Positions 30,258-41,413 of a DNA stretch of 64,000 nt are shown in pieces. This stretch comes from Vulcanimicrobiota bacterium. Lineage in GTDB: Bacteria > Vulcanimicrobiota > Xenobia > Xenobiales > JADMJV01. The stretch lies in contig JBFWNU010000001.1 in assembly GCA_050250895.1 (NCBI GenBank), positions 1,160,008 to 1,224,007 on the forward strand, written 5' to 3'. Both the position numbers and the translations under genes were made by a program. Numbering within the stretch: position 1 is the stretch's first letter; each line of letters starts with the position of its first letter. Under the pieces are notes generated by a model, which saw only the letters and a list, made by a program, of their open reading frames with translations, searched no databases and was not told the DNA's origin.

Positions 30258-31282
30258 ACGCCCTCCTCTACCAGGACCCGCTCGGCTTGCTCGCGGCGCA
30301 AAGCGATCAGAGTGCCTCGGACGCGATAGGCGATGGGGTCGCCCAGCGGGCCTTTCATTTGCGCCTCGACCTGGGTGCCCGGCACAAAGCCGAGATCCAA
30401 CAGGCGTTCGCGCTCGAGTCCGCGACAACTGTGGCCCAGCCGAATCACGCGAGCGCTCTGGCCCGGAGTCAGGCTGGCCAGCGTCCGCTCGGGCTCGGCC
30501 TTTACCTCGCCCTCTTCGGTCCGGCGGACCGTCCCTACCGAAACGTTGGCGGCCACCAGGGTGGCTAGCACGGCTTCGCGCCCGTTCACCGAGATGGTCA
30601 CCTTCTTGGGAGTGCGATCGAGCATGTGAATGACCACTCCGGGCCGCAACTCGAGGGCGGCGAGCTGGGCATACACCGCTTCGGGTTCGTCCTCGACATG
30701 CAGCACGCGGGCCCGCATGCCTGGCTCTAGTTGGCTGAGCGGAGTGCCGGCCGGAGGCGGCATCCGACCCTCGGCCGTGGGAATGGGGTCGCCATGCGGG
30801 TCGTGGGACGGGCGGTTGAGGGCGGCGTAGAGTTCTTCGGTCTCGGCCGGGCTCAGGGTGTGCTCGTAGCGCTCGGCCTGGCTGTGCCATTCGAGGGGGC
30901 TGACCCCGGTTCGTTCGGCCAGATAGCACTCCCACAAACGGTGGACGCGGATCACGTGAAGGGCCTGGGCTCGTCCTTCGGGGGTCAGCACCGGCCGATC
31001 GTCGGCCAGGTCGACCAGCCCCAATCGTTGGCAACGCTCCACCAGGATAGCCGCTTGATCGCGCGGCACCTCGAGCACGCCAGCCAGGCTGTCGAGAGTC
31101 CCGGGGCGCCCGTCATACTCGCAGTGATAGAGGTGTTTGAGCGTGTCTTCGACCCGGACCGACTCGGCCAGGCCGTTGAGTTGACGCCAACGCCAATACA
31201 ACCCGCCAGCGGGCCAGAACAGCAGGCCAGCCAGCAGGCTGATGAGGGCGAAGAGCCCGAGGGCCGAGAGCGGGTTTATCAT
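30254..31282 (-). CDS. DtxR/MntR-family metal-dependent repressor with N-terminal TM helix and two FeoA domains
   Basis: EDTLKHLY, HRLWECYL, AERYEH, HDPHGDPIP; FeoA motif RLLDLGFVPGTQV...GPLGDPIAYRVRGTLIALRREQA. Confidence 0.92.
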   Translation of the reverse strand: MINPLSALGLFALISLLAGLLFWPAGGLYWRWRQLNGLAESVRVEDTLKHLYHCEYDGRPGTLDSLAGVLEVPRDQAAILVERCQRLGLVDLADDRPVLTPEGRAQALHVIRVHRLWECYLAERTGVSPLEWHSQAERYEHTLSPAETEELYAALNRPSHDPHGDPIPTAEGRMPPPAGTPLSQLEPGMRARVLHVEDEPEAVYAQLAALELRPGVVIHMLDRTPKKVTISVNGREAVLATLVAANVSVGTVRRTEEGEVKAEPERTLASLTPGQSARVIRLGHSCRGLERERLLDLGFVPGTQVEAQMKGPLGDPIAYRVRGTLIALRREQAERVLVEEGV

Positions 31283-31298
31283 CGATACTTTCTCGAGT

Positions 31299-31336
31299 TT
31301 TAGACTAAGCTAATTCTCGGTTTAGTTAATACTAAA
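31299..31336. promoter_or_regulatory. Two tandem DtxR/MntR-type operator palindromes
   Basis: TTTAG-ACTAAG-CTAAT (31299-31314) and TTTAG-TTAATA-CTAAA (31321-31336), 22 bp apart, lying between a minus-strand TTGACA (31352-31347) and the repressor start codon. Confidence 0.75.
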
Positions 31337-31359
31337 AACCCCGATATGTCAATAAGGCT

Positions 31360-32490
31360 TTAGATTGGCCAGGGCCAGAACCAGTACTTGCCCATGCTGG
31401 TCAGAGCTTCGTCCCATTTGGTGTCTTTGGCGAAGTCCAGACCTTTGTACTCGTCCGAAGGCGAGAACTGCCAGCTGGGCAGCTGCACGGTCAGGCCGTG
31501 GGCGTTCGGATAGGAACGCGAGTGTTGTTCAGCATAGACGGCGCCGTTGATAGCTTCGGTGACGCCCCGGGCCGCCTCTTTGAGTTGGTCGTCGGTGATG
31601 GATTGATTTTCGCCCACCTGCTGGGCAAAGTGATACAGGTCTTTGTAGCCGGTGAACACCTCGGTCTTGCGGGCCATGCCGCGCAGGGTGCCGCGCGAGG
31701 TGTCGCTGTCGAGAATCGCCTCGGCGAAGGTGTTGACCGCGTCCTTCACGTCGTTCATCTTAGACAGGTCGATAGCCGACATCGTGGGCAGGTCGTCTTG
31801 CTTGCCCTGGGCGGTGGCCACCAGTCGGGCGCCCAACTCGCGAGGCTCGACCGGAACGGCAGCAGCCAGGGTTTGCTGCAGGGCCATCAGGTTCTCTTCG
31901 CTCAACAGGCGGTTATAGGGCCAACCGGCACCGCCTTCGACCTCTTGCGAGCCCACCAGAAAATCGGCGTCGTTACGCAGTTGGTAAGCTACCTCGGTGT
32001 TGGCCATGAGGCAGGCGTCAAAGCCGATCAGTCCGAGCTTCTTGCCAGTCTTGGCCTGAGCGTCCGAGATTCCCTCGTGAATCTCCTTGAGACTCATCCA
32101 GGAGCCGCCACTGTAGTCCTGAGCGGCGCCTTTCCAGCCGTCTCCGTGGTCCGAGATGACCAGGAAGTAGTTCTCGGCGGGGTAGTTCTTCATGCCCCAC
32201 TCGATGAATTCGCTCAGCTTCTTGGGGTCGGCCATGTCGGTCGAGCCCAGGCTCTGAATCACGGGCGAGTTGAGCTTTCCACGCTCGCCGTCGCGCTGAA
32301 TGTGGAGCCGTTCGGCGCCTTTGGAGCCGCCATGGTCAAACTGGACCACCACATCCATCTGGTCGTCGGACCCTGCCAACTCCATCTCGTCGACATCCGA
32401 GTGCATGAAGCTCTTGAGGTCGTTATCCGAGGCGGAGTAGACCAGGACACAAAGTTTTTTGGGTTGTTGTAAAGCCGGGCTGATCTGCAT
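31360..32490 (-). CDS. Clostripain-related cysteine peptidase (C11)
   Basis: YSASDNDL, FIEWGMKNYPAENYFLVISDHGDGW (catalytic His), GFDACLMANTEVAY (catalytic Cys), GWPY. Confidence 0.92.
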   Translation of the reverse strand: MQISPALQQPKKLCVLVYSASDNDLKSFMHSDVDEMELAGSDDQMDVVVQFDHGGSKGAERLHIQRDGERGKLNSPVIQSLGSTDMADPKKLSEFIEWGMKNYPAENYFLVISDHGDGWKGAAQDYSGGSWMSLKEIHEGISDAQAKTGKKLGLIGFDACLMANTEVAYQLRNDADFLVGSQEVEGGAGWPYNRLLSEENLMALQQTLAAAVPVEPRELGARLVATAQGKQDDLPTMSAIDLSKMNDVKDAVNTFAEAILDSDTSRGTLRGMARKTEVFTGYKDLYHFAQQVGENQSITDDQLKEAARGVTEAINGAVYAEQHSRSYPNAHGLTVQLPSWQFSPSDEYKGLDFAKDTKWDEALTSMGKYWFWPWPI

Positions 32491-32597
32491 AACAACGGCA
32501 GTTTATCTCTCGTTGGCGCGCGATTCCTTGCCGTCTTGTTACAACATCTTCTGCGAGCGGAGGCCTTGGGGTGGGGGAGGGTGAAGAACCCCCGCCC

Positions 32598-35132
32598 ATG
32601 AGAGTCAAGATTCAAGCTCCGCTATCCGGGGTCGTGGTGCCGCTTGAGCAAGTGCCCGATCCAGTGTTTTCTCAGAAGATGGTTGGTGATGGATTGGCCA
32701 TCGACCCTATCGATCAGCGTCTGGTGGCGCCCTTTGACGGCAAGGTGGTGCAGTTGCATCCGGCCCAGCATGCGGTCACTCTATGCAGTGGCGACGGGCT
32801 CGAACTGCTGATGCATGTAGGCCTGGACACGGTCAAACTCAAGGGTGAGGGCTTCACGGCCAAAGTGAAGTTGGGTGAGTCGGTCAAGGCCGGCGATGTG
32901 CTCATCGAGTTTTCGGCCGATCAGATTGCTCGCCGAGCCAAGAGCCTCCTGACCATGGTCTTGATTACCAACGGAGCGATGGCCTCAGGCCTTCAGTATG
33001 GCAAAGGCATGGTGTCGGCTTCCAAAGACATGGTGCTCGAACTCGATTGGAAGCTCGAAGACGGCGGCTCGGCCGAAGACGGCGAAGAGGTCAGCTCGGA
33101 AGCTATCGTGGTGCCAAATCCTACCGGCCTCCACGCGCGTCCGGCCGCCGTGCTGGTCAATTTGACCCGCCGCTACGACGCCCAGGTGACGCTATGGAAG
33201 GGCGAAGAGAAGGCCAATGCCCGCAGTCTGGTGGCCATTCTTGGTCTCGAGATCGGCAACGGAGAGTCGGTAAGGTTGGTCGCCCGCGGCCCTGAGGCCC
33301 GCCAGGCCATCGCCGACCTGTCCAAGGAGGTGGCCGCAGGTCTGGGCGAAGAGGGAGCGGCCCCCGCCCCCGCTTCGACGGTGCTGGCCGAGCCGGTGGT
33401 GGCTCCGCGGGCTAAGTCCGAAAACCCTGACGAGTATCTGGGTGTGGGGGCCTCGGACGGCGTGGTGGTGGGCAACATCTTTCAACTGCGCCAGCAAGAG
33501 CTCGACGTTCCTAAAGAGAGCAAGCTGACCCCCCAGCAAGAAGATGTCGCCCTGCGCAAAGCCCTGGCCCAGGCCAAAGGCCAGCTCGAAGCCCTGGGAG
33601 CTCGCCTGCACGCTGAGGCTGAGCCGGCCAAGGCCGCCATCTTCGCGGCCCACCAGGAGCTGCTGGAAGACCCCGACCTGCTCGAGCCAGCCGAGGCGGC
33701 CATCGCCAAAGGCAACACGGCCGCCTACGCCTGGCAGCGCGCCTACACTACCCACTCTGAGCGGCTGGCCGCTTTGCGCAACGAGTTATTGGCGGCCCGC
33801 GCCAACGACCTGCGCGATGTCGGCCGGCGCGTGCTGGGCTTGATTCTGGGGACCGAGAGTGTCGAGGTAGTGGTGCCCGAGAAGACCATTTTGGTGGCCG
33901 AAGACCTGACTCCGTCAGACACCGCCACCCTCGACCGCGAGAAGGTGCTAGGTTTTGCTACCACCACGGGCGGAGCCACCTCCCACGTGGCCATTCTGGC
34001 CCGCTCGCTGGGCTTGCCAGCGGTGGCCGGCATCGATCCCCAGGCCCTCGAGGTGCCCAACGGGACCCGGGCTATCCTCAACGGCAACAAGGGAACCTTA
34101 CGCTGCAATCCGCCGGACGATGTGGTCGAGCAGATCGAGGGTCTGCGCCAGCGTCTGGCCGAGCGCCGAGCCGCCCAGCTCGAGAAGGCCCACGAACCGG
34201 CCCGCTGCAAGGACGGTCACCGGGTCGAGGTGGTGGTCAACATCGGCGGAGTCAGCGATGCTGAAGAATGCCTGGCCCTGGGGGCCGAGGGGGTCGGCCT
34301 GCTGCGCTCGGAGTTTCTCTTTCTCGAGCGGCCTTATCCCCCCACCGAGGCCGAGCAGTTCGACTGCTACAGCGCCATTGCCAAGGCCATCGGTCCGGAC
34401 AGGCCGATGGTGTTGCGCACCCTCGACGTGGGCGGCGACAAACCGCTAGCCTATTTGCCCATCCCCCACGAAGACAATCCTTTCCTGGGTCAGCGCGGCA
34501 TCCGGGTGCTGCTCAATCGCCCCGATGTCTTCCGTCCCCAGTTGCGAGCGGCGCTGCGGGCGGCCGAGTTCGGCAACATGCACATCATGTTTCCTATGGT
34601 GGCCAGCATGGCTGAGTGGCGAGCCGCCAAGGCCGCTCTCGAGGCCGAGCGCGAAGCCCTGGGCATCGCCCCGGTCAAGGTCGGTATCATGATCGAGATT
34701 CCGGCGGCCGCCCTGATCGCCGAGCAGTTCGCCAAAGAGGTCGACTTCTTCTCGATCGGTACCAACGACCTGACCCAATACACTCTGGCCATGGACCGCG
34801 GCCATCCCCAGTTGGCCGCCGACATCGACGGCCTCTCGCCGGCCGTGCTACGCCTCATCGAGCGCACCGTGGACGCGGCCCACACCTTCGGCAAGTGGGT
34901 CGGCGTGTGCGGTGGCATCGCTGGCGAAGCGGCCGCCGTGCCCATCCTGGTCGGTCTGGGCGTGGATGAACTGAGCGTCAGCCTACCGCTGGTGCCGGCC
35001 GTCAAAGCCAGGGTTCGCCAGTTTAGCTTTGAACAGTGCAAAGAGCTTGCCCAGAAGGCCCTGCGGCTCGAGTCCGCAGCGGCCGTGCGGGCCCTTTGTC
35101 CAGACCCGCTGGGGGAGGGAGACATCCAGTGA
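32598..35132 (+). CDS. ptsP: Multiphosphoryl transfer protein EIIA(Glc)-HPr-Enzyme I
   Basis: [18 protein letters not shown] and LMHVGLDTV; HPr GLHARPAA and ARSL; [36 protein letters not shown]. Confidence 0.95.
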   Translation: MRVKIQAPLSGVVVPLEQVPDPVFSQKMVGDGLAIDPIDQRLVAPFDGKVVQLHPAQHAVTLCSGDGLELLMHVGLDTVKLKGEGFTAKVKLGESVKAGDVLIEFSADQIARRAKSLLTMVLITNGAMASGLQYGKGMVSASKDMVLELDWKLEDGGSAEDGEEVSSEAIVVPNPTGLHARPAAVLVNLTRRYDAQVTLWKGEEKANARSLVAILGLEIGNGESVRLVARGPEARQAIADLSKEVAAGLGEEGAAPAPASTVLAEPVVAPRAKSENPDEYLGVGASDGVVVGNIFQLRQQELDVPKESKLTPQQEDVALRKALAQAKGQLEALGARLHAEAEPAKAAIFAAHQELLEDPDLLEPAEAAIAKGNTAAYAWQRAYTTHSERLAALRNELLAARANDLRDVGRRVLGLILGTESVEVVVPEKTILVAEDLTPSDTATLDREKVLGFATTTGGATSHVAILARSLGLPAVAGIDPQALEVPNGTRAILNGNKGTLRCNPPDDVVEQIEGLRQRLAERRAAQLEKAHEPARCKDGHRVEVVVNIGGVSDAEECLALGAEGVGLLRSEFLFLERPYPPTEAEQFDCYSAIAKAIGPDRPMVLRTLDVGGDKPLAYLPIPHEDNPFLGQRGIRVLLNRPDVFRPQLRAALRAAEFGNMHIMFPMVASMAEWRAAKAALEAEREALGIAPVKVGIMIEIPAAALIAEQFAKEVDFFSIGTNDLTQYTLAMDRGHPQLAADIDGLSPAVLRLIERTVDAAHTFGKWVGVCGGIAGEAAAVPILVGLGVDELSVSLPLVPAVKARVRQFSFEQCKELAQKALRLESAAAVRALCPDPLGEGDIQ

Positions 35133-36943
35133 AAAACGCCTTCGGAACCCTACAAAAAATCGGAAAATCGCTCATGCTGCCCGTCTCGGTGCTGCCCGTG
35201 GCCGGCATCTTGCTCGGCCTGGGCGCTACCATGGGCAAGAAGCTGACGAAGCTCGCCGAGGCCGGTCAGGTCAGTCCTGGCCTGCAGAGTTTTCTCGGCC
35301 CGATTTTCAAGGTGATGGAACAGTCAGGGGATGCGATCTTCGGAAATCTTCCCCTGATTTTTGCTATAGGCGTTGCCCTTGGCTTAGCCGGTGGGGACGG
35401 TGTGGCCGCCCTGGCTGCGGTCGTAGGGTTTGTCGTCTTGATCGGCACGATGTCGGTGACCACGAGCCTTATGCACCTTGACCAAAAGTTGGTCAAGAGC
35501 GTCATGGGCATGGACACTATGGATACCGGTGTCTTCGGCGGGATCATGGTAGGGGCGCTGGCGGCCTGGCTGTTCAATCGTTACTACAAGATTCAATTGC
35601 CGCCGTATCTTGGGTTCTTCGCTGGCAAGCGCTTTGTACCGATCGTTACCGCCTTTGCCGCCATCGGGCTCGGGCTCGGCTTATCCACATTCTGGCCGTA
35701 CATCTCGGTCGCGATCCAACTGTTTTCGAACTGGGCCGCTGAGGAGAATACTCCGGTAGCCGTTTTTCTTTACGGTCTCGTGGAGCGGTCGCTAATCCCC
35801 TTCGGACTTCATCACATTTGGAACAATCCGTTCTTTTTTGAGATAGGTCGGTATGTTTCAGACTCTGGCGAAGTGGTGAAAGGCGACATCAATCGATTCT
35901 TCGCTGGGGACCCCACAGCGGGAATCCTGGGCGGGGCGTATCTCTTCAAGATGTGGGGGTTGCCAGCGGCTGCGATGGCGATTTGGCACACAGCCAAGCC
36001 TGAACGGCGTGTGCAGGTTGGCGGAATCATGATGTCGGCAGCTTTGACGTCATTCTTGACCGGCATTACGGAACCCATCGAATTTGCCTTCATGTTTGTG
36101 GCGCCGGGTCTCTACGCAGTCCACGCCTTGCTCGCCGCAACCTCGTTTACCGTCATGTATACGCTCGGTGGGCGCTTGGGTACGACCTTCTCCCACGGCC
36201 TGATCGATTACCTATTGGTCTATCCTCTGGCCACGAACTGGTGGCTGGTGTTAGTCCTGGGACCGATTTATGCCCTGATTTACTACAGTGTCTTCCGCTT
36301 TGCGATCCAGAAGTTCAACCTCAAGACTCCCGGTCGCGAAGACGAAACGCTCGACATGACCTCAGCCACCGACGAGGTGGCGCATGGCTTCACGCGCCAG
36401 TTGGTGCTGGCTTTCGGGGGCAAGAGCAACATCACGGCCCTCGATGCCTGCATCACCCGTCTGCGGGTGAGCGTGGCCGACCCGGCTAAGGTCGACTCGC
36501 CCAAGCTCAAGGCCCTGGGCGCCTCCGGCGTGGTGGTGGTCGGAGACAGCATGCAAGCGATCTTTGGACCCCTCTCCGAGAACCTCAAGACCGACATGGA
36601 GGAGTACCTCGCCGTGGCCGGCGACGATGCCGAACTGACCGAGGCTCCCGCTGGCGGCGTCGAGGTAGCCATGGAAGAGCGTCCTAAGTTGCGTGATCCC
36701 GGCGCTCCCGAGAAGGTCAAGGCCTGGATTAAGGCCCTGGGCGGCCGCGAGAACATCCGTGACGTCCAGCCGTGCGCCGAAACCCGCTTGCGTCTAACCC
36801 TGAACAAGGCGACTTTCGACCGCGAAGCCCTCACCGGTCACGGCGTAGCCGCGGCCGTGTCCTATTCCGACGAGACCGTGCATCTCATCGTTGGCCCCAA
36901 CGCCGATCAATACGGTATGGAGATGAAGGCCCAGCTGGCCTGA
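35129..36943 (+). CDS. ptsG: PTS glucose-family transporter EIIC-EIIB with a duplicated EIIB-like domain
   Basis: [48 protein letters not shown]; [14 protein letters not shown] and a second copy [13 protein letters not shown] start overlaps the ptsP stop. Confidence 0.9.
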   Translation: MKNAFGTLQKIGKSLMLPVSVLPVAGILLGLGATMGKKLTKLAEAGQVSPGLQSFLGPIFKVMEQSGDAIFGNLPLIFAIGVALGLAGGDGVAALAAVVGFVVLIGTMSVTTSLMHLDQKLVKSVMGMDTMDTGVFGGIMVGALAAWLFNRYYKIQLPPYLGFFAGKRFVPIVTAFAAIGLGLGLSTFWPYISVAIQLFSNWAAEENTPVAVFLYGLVERSLIPFGLHHIWNNPFFFEIGRYVSDSGEVVKGDINRFFAGDPTAGILGGAYLFKMWGLPAAAMAIWHTAKPERRVQVGGIMMSAALTSFLTGITEPIEFAFMFVAPGLYAVHALLAATSFTVMYTLGGRLGTTFSHGLIDYLLVYPLATNWWLVLVLGPIYALIYYSVFRFAIQKFNLKTPGREDETLDMTSATDEVAHGFTRQLVLAFGGKSNITALDACITRLRVSVADPAKVDSPKLKALGASGVVVVGDSMQAIFGPLSENLKTDMEEYLAVAGDDAELTEAPAGGVEVAMEERPKLRDPGAPEKVKAWIKALGGRENIRDVQPCAETRLRLTLNKATFDREALTGHGVAAAVSYSDETVHLIVGPNADQYGMEMKAQLA

Positions 36944-36996
36944 CGACACGTCTCGCTCTTCAGGTTTTTTTAAGGGCGGTGTCGCATGCTGGCGTT

Positions 36997-37659
36997 ATGA
37001 TCGCGACCAGTCTGATCTCTGTGCCGAAGGCCGACTTGCTTGGCCGGGCCTCTGGCTCATGGAAAGAAGACGAGATCGAGCAAAAACTGGCCGCGACTCC
37101 CGATGCTTTGCCCATCGACCAGTTCAGTTCGCTGGGCCTGGGAGTGCTCGACCTGGTCGGGAGCACCCGAAAAGAAGCCGACATCGGCGTGGCCCTGGTC
37201 GAACAGCTCGAGAATGTGCCCGAGAGCCGGGCCGCGGCCCGTCTTACGTTGGCCATGCTCGACCGCTTTCCCCGCTACCCCTCCAGCCAGGTCAAGGTGG
37301 TCCGGGCCATGTTGTCCAACCCCACCCCCCAGCGTCCTTCCGAGGTGATCGGCCTGGCCTTGCAACTGGTCGACGCCACCACCAACGACACTCGCGATAG
37401 CGCCGTTCGTGGGGCACTCGAGCTGATCAAGGTCGAGTATTTTCCCGAGGATGCAGAGCTAAAACAGCTGACGCGCTTTCAGAACACGACAGCCAGCGAG
37501 CACACTCTCGAGCTACTGCACCGCCTCAAGCGCCAGGCCGAATCGGTCGAGACCGTCTATGACCTGGTCGAGGGCAAGCCGCGCGGCGACATTGGGTTCG
37601 AGACCGAGGCTGACTGGATCGTCATCGGCGATGTCACCCTCGATCGCCAGGGAGGTTAG
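36997..37659 (+). CDS. Hypothetical alpha-helical protein
   Basis: Host-like codon usage; fills the gap before the convergent FAAL gene; start uncertain. Confidence 0.65.
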   Translation: MIATSLISVPKADLLGRASGSWKEDEIEQKLAATPDALPIDQFSSLGLGVLDLVGSTRKEADIGVALVEQLENVPESRAAARLTLAMLDRFPRYPSSQVKVVRAMLSNPTPQRPSEVIGLALQLVDATTNDTRDSAVRGALELIKVEYFPEDAELKQLTRFQNTTASEHTLELLHRLKRQAESVETVYDLVEGKPRGDIGFETEADWIVIGDVTLDRQGG

Positions 37660-37661
37660 CG

Positions 37662-39410
<1,749 letters not shown>

Positions 39411-39432
39411 AGGTTACACCTCCTATTGGCGA

Positions 39433-39461
39433 AATCTACACCCGTTTCTGACCCATGTCAA
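39433..39461 (-). promoter_or_regulatory. Sigma70-type promoter for the FAAL gene
   Basis: Minus strand TTGACA-17 nt-TAGATT upstream of AGGAGG. Confidence 0.65.
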
Positions 39462-39595
39462 CCCGAACTTTTTTCACTGCCGTAACAGGCTGGCAACGAA
39501 TCGGGCGGTTGACCAGGGATCGTCCAACCGTGTCCAAATAAGCTTCCCAGGAACTCCGGGGCAGGGATGTAGCCTCGCGATGGGAATTTTTACGC

Positions 39596-40273
39596 GTGCC
39601 CAAGTTTCGCTTCAAAGTCTCCGATGCTCACGGCAAAATCAAGGCCGGTCAGGTGATTGCCCCCAGCCTTGACCAGGCCGAAGAGCGCCTTCGCAAGGCT
39701 GGCTACACGGTGCTCGAATGCACGGAGTCCGATGGCGCGAAGCTAGAAGTCCACGCCGGCCGCAAAGGGTCGGGCCCAACCATCGAGAGGGCCGAGAGCA
39801 AAGGCTATCAACCTTCCATCATCGATTTTATCGAAGATGTCGAGATGGAGCCGCAGCGGCGCAATTTCGGTCTGGTGGCGCTGGCCCTGGTGGGCCTGGT
39901 GGTGGCTATTCTCTATGGCGTGGCCCACAAGCGCGAAGTGGCTGCCAATGCCCCTCAAGAGCCCGAGTACGAGCAGATCAAATTGTCCATCGACGGTTCT
40001 CTTGAAGTGGTCGCGGGGAGCGTCGACGGGTCGAAGTTAGTGTTTCATTTTCCCGAAGTGCCGCTCGACCTTGAACGCGACGCCGAGGGTTTTGTCAACG
40101 CCCAGGGCGGGTTTCAGTTGCAGTATGAGTTCGCCAGTGCCAAGACGCCGACCTATTGCACTTTGACGGTCGAGAAGAAGGGCTACAAGACGGTCAACCT
40201 CGATCGTCAATTCCTCAAGGGCACCGACACGCTGGCGGTCAAGTTGCCGGCGGTTCGCTTACAGCCCGAGTAA
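39596..40273 (+). CDS. Bitopic membrane protein with a PilC/GspF-like N-terminal segment
   Basis: MPKFRFKVSDAHGKIKAGQVIAPSLDQAEERLRKAGYTVL, one TM helix and a beta-rich C-terminal domain. Confidence 0.7.
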   Translation: MPKFRFKVSDAHGKIKAGQVIAPSLDQAEERLRKAGYTVLECTESDGAKLEVHAGRKGSGPTIERAESKGYQPSIIDFIEDVEMEPQRRNFGLVALALVGLVVAILYGVAHKREVAANAPQEPEYEQIKLSIDGSLEVVAGSVDGSKLVFHFPEVPLDLERDAEGFVNAQGGFQLQYEFASAKTPTYCTLTVEKKGYKTVNLDRQFLKGTDTLAVKLPAVRLQPE

Positions 40274-40275
40274 GC

Positions 40276-41373
40276 TTAAGCGCCCAGTTTGCCGATGTAA
40301 CTATACATTGGTATAAAGATCGACAGCACGACGAAGCCGACCACGCTTGCCACCATGCCTAGCAGCAGCGGTTCGAGCGCCGCGCTAAAAGCCTCGATCT
40401 TGAAATTGACCTCCTGGTCGTAGAAAGAAGCGACTCGTTCATACATCGGGGCCAGGTGCGAGGATTCTTCGCCTGCAGCCACCATCTGACAGAGGGTGGA
40501 GGGGTAGATGTCGGGCCGAGTGACCATATAGCTGGCCACCGACTCTCCCTCGAGGATGTTGTTGATCAGAGCCTTGGCGTCCCAGGCCAGCACAGGGCTA
40601 CCTGAGGCCTGGGCACCCAGGTTGAGACTCTTGGGAAGGTCGAGTCCGGCCGAGAGGAGCGCTCCCACCGCCGCGCAGTAGCGGGCGGTGGTGGCAAAGT
40701 GGAGCAGAGAGCCGATCACGGGAACCGCGAGTACGATGCGAAAGAGTTCCATGGCTCCCTTTTCGGTCTTGTAGATATCCCGCACAGCCCCAAAGCCGAG
40801 GCCAACGGCGGCCATTACCACCAGCCAGGCGCCCGGATTCTTGACCGCGTTGGTGATCGTTACCATGATTCGGGTCATCAGTGGTAACTCCATATCCATG
40901 TCGTTGAACACGGTGATGAAGCCGGGCAGCACCGAATAGAAGAGCATCAAGGTGAGAAACGCCGACAGGCCCAGCACGAAGGCGGGATAGGTCAGAGCAC
41001 TGCGGACCCGTTGAAACAGTTTGAAATCGCGTTCTTGCCAGTTGGCCAGACGCTCGAGCGATTCGTCGAGTTGACCGGTGCGCTCGCCGATGGCGGCCAT
41101 GGTGACGTAGACCCGGTTGAAGACTCTAGGAAAGCGGCTCAGGGTGTTGCTAAAGGTGTGGCCGTGCCCGATGCGCTCGGCGACGGTCGAGACCACTTCA
41201 CCAAAGTTAGGGTTCTCGCTCTGGTGCGAGAGGGTGTCCAGGGCGTGCAAGATGGGCACGCCGGTGCGAAGCATCGTGGCCAGTTGGCGGGTGAACAGGA
41301 CGACCAGGGCAGGTTTACACCTAACCTTGGCCATCCACGAATCATCGCCTTTGTCGCGCTCTACTCTGGCCAT
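40276..41373 (-). CDS. Type II secretion system F / type IV pilus platform protein (PilC-like)
   Basis: FTRQLATMLRTGVPI, GERTGQLDESL, SALTYP, GEESSHL, LEPLL...IFIPMY. Confidence 0.92.
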   Translation of the reverse strand: MARVERDKGDDSWMAKVRCKPALVVLFTRQLATMLRTGVPILHALDTLSHQSENPNFGEVVSTVAERIGHGHTFSNTLSRFPRVFNRVYVTMAAIGERTGQLDESLERLANWQERDFKLFQRVRSALTYPAFVLGLSAFLTLMLFYSVLPGFITVFNDMDMELPLMTRIMVTITNAVKNPGAWLVVMAAVGLGFGAVRDIYKTEKGAMELFRIVLAVPVIGSLLHFATTARYCAAVGALLSAGLDLPKSLNLGAQASGSPVLAWDAKALINNILEGESVASYMVTRPDIYPSTLCQMVAAGEESSHLAPMYERVASFYDQEVNFKIEAFSAALEPLLLGMVASVVGFVVLSIFIPMYSYIGKLGA

Positions 41374-41413
41374 CCCATGAAACTATTTCACCACGACGGC
41401 CGATATTCCTTAT

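Noticed and set aside
30258-31034. 1000-aa FeoB with a long N-terminal extension, as given in the ORF track
   Set aside because: The extension is R/P/G-rich off-frame translation of the DtxR-FeoA gene; the real start is near 30257 with an RBS.
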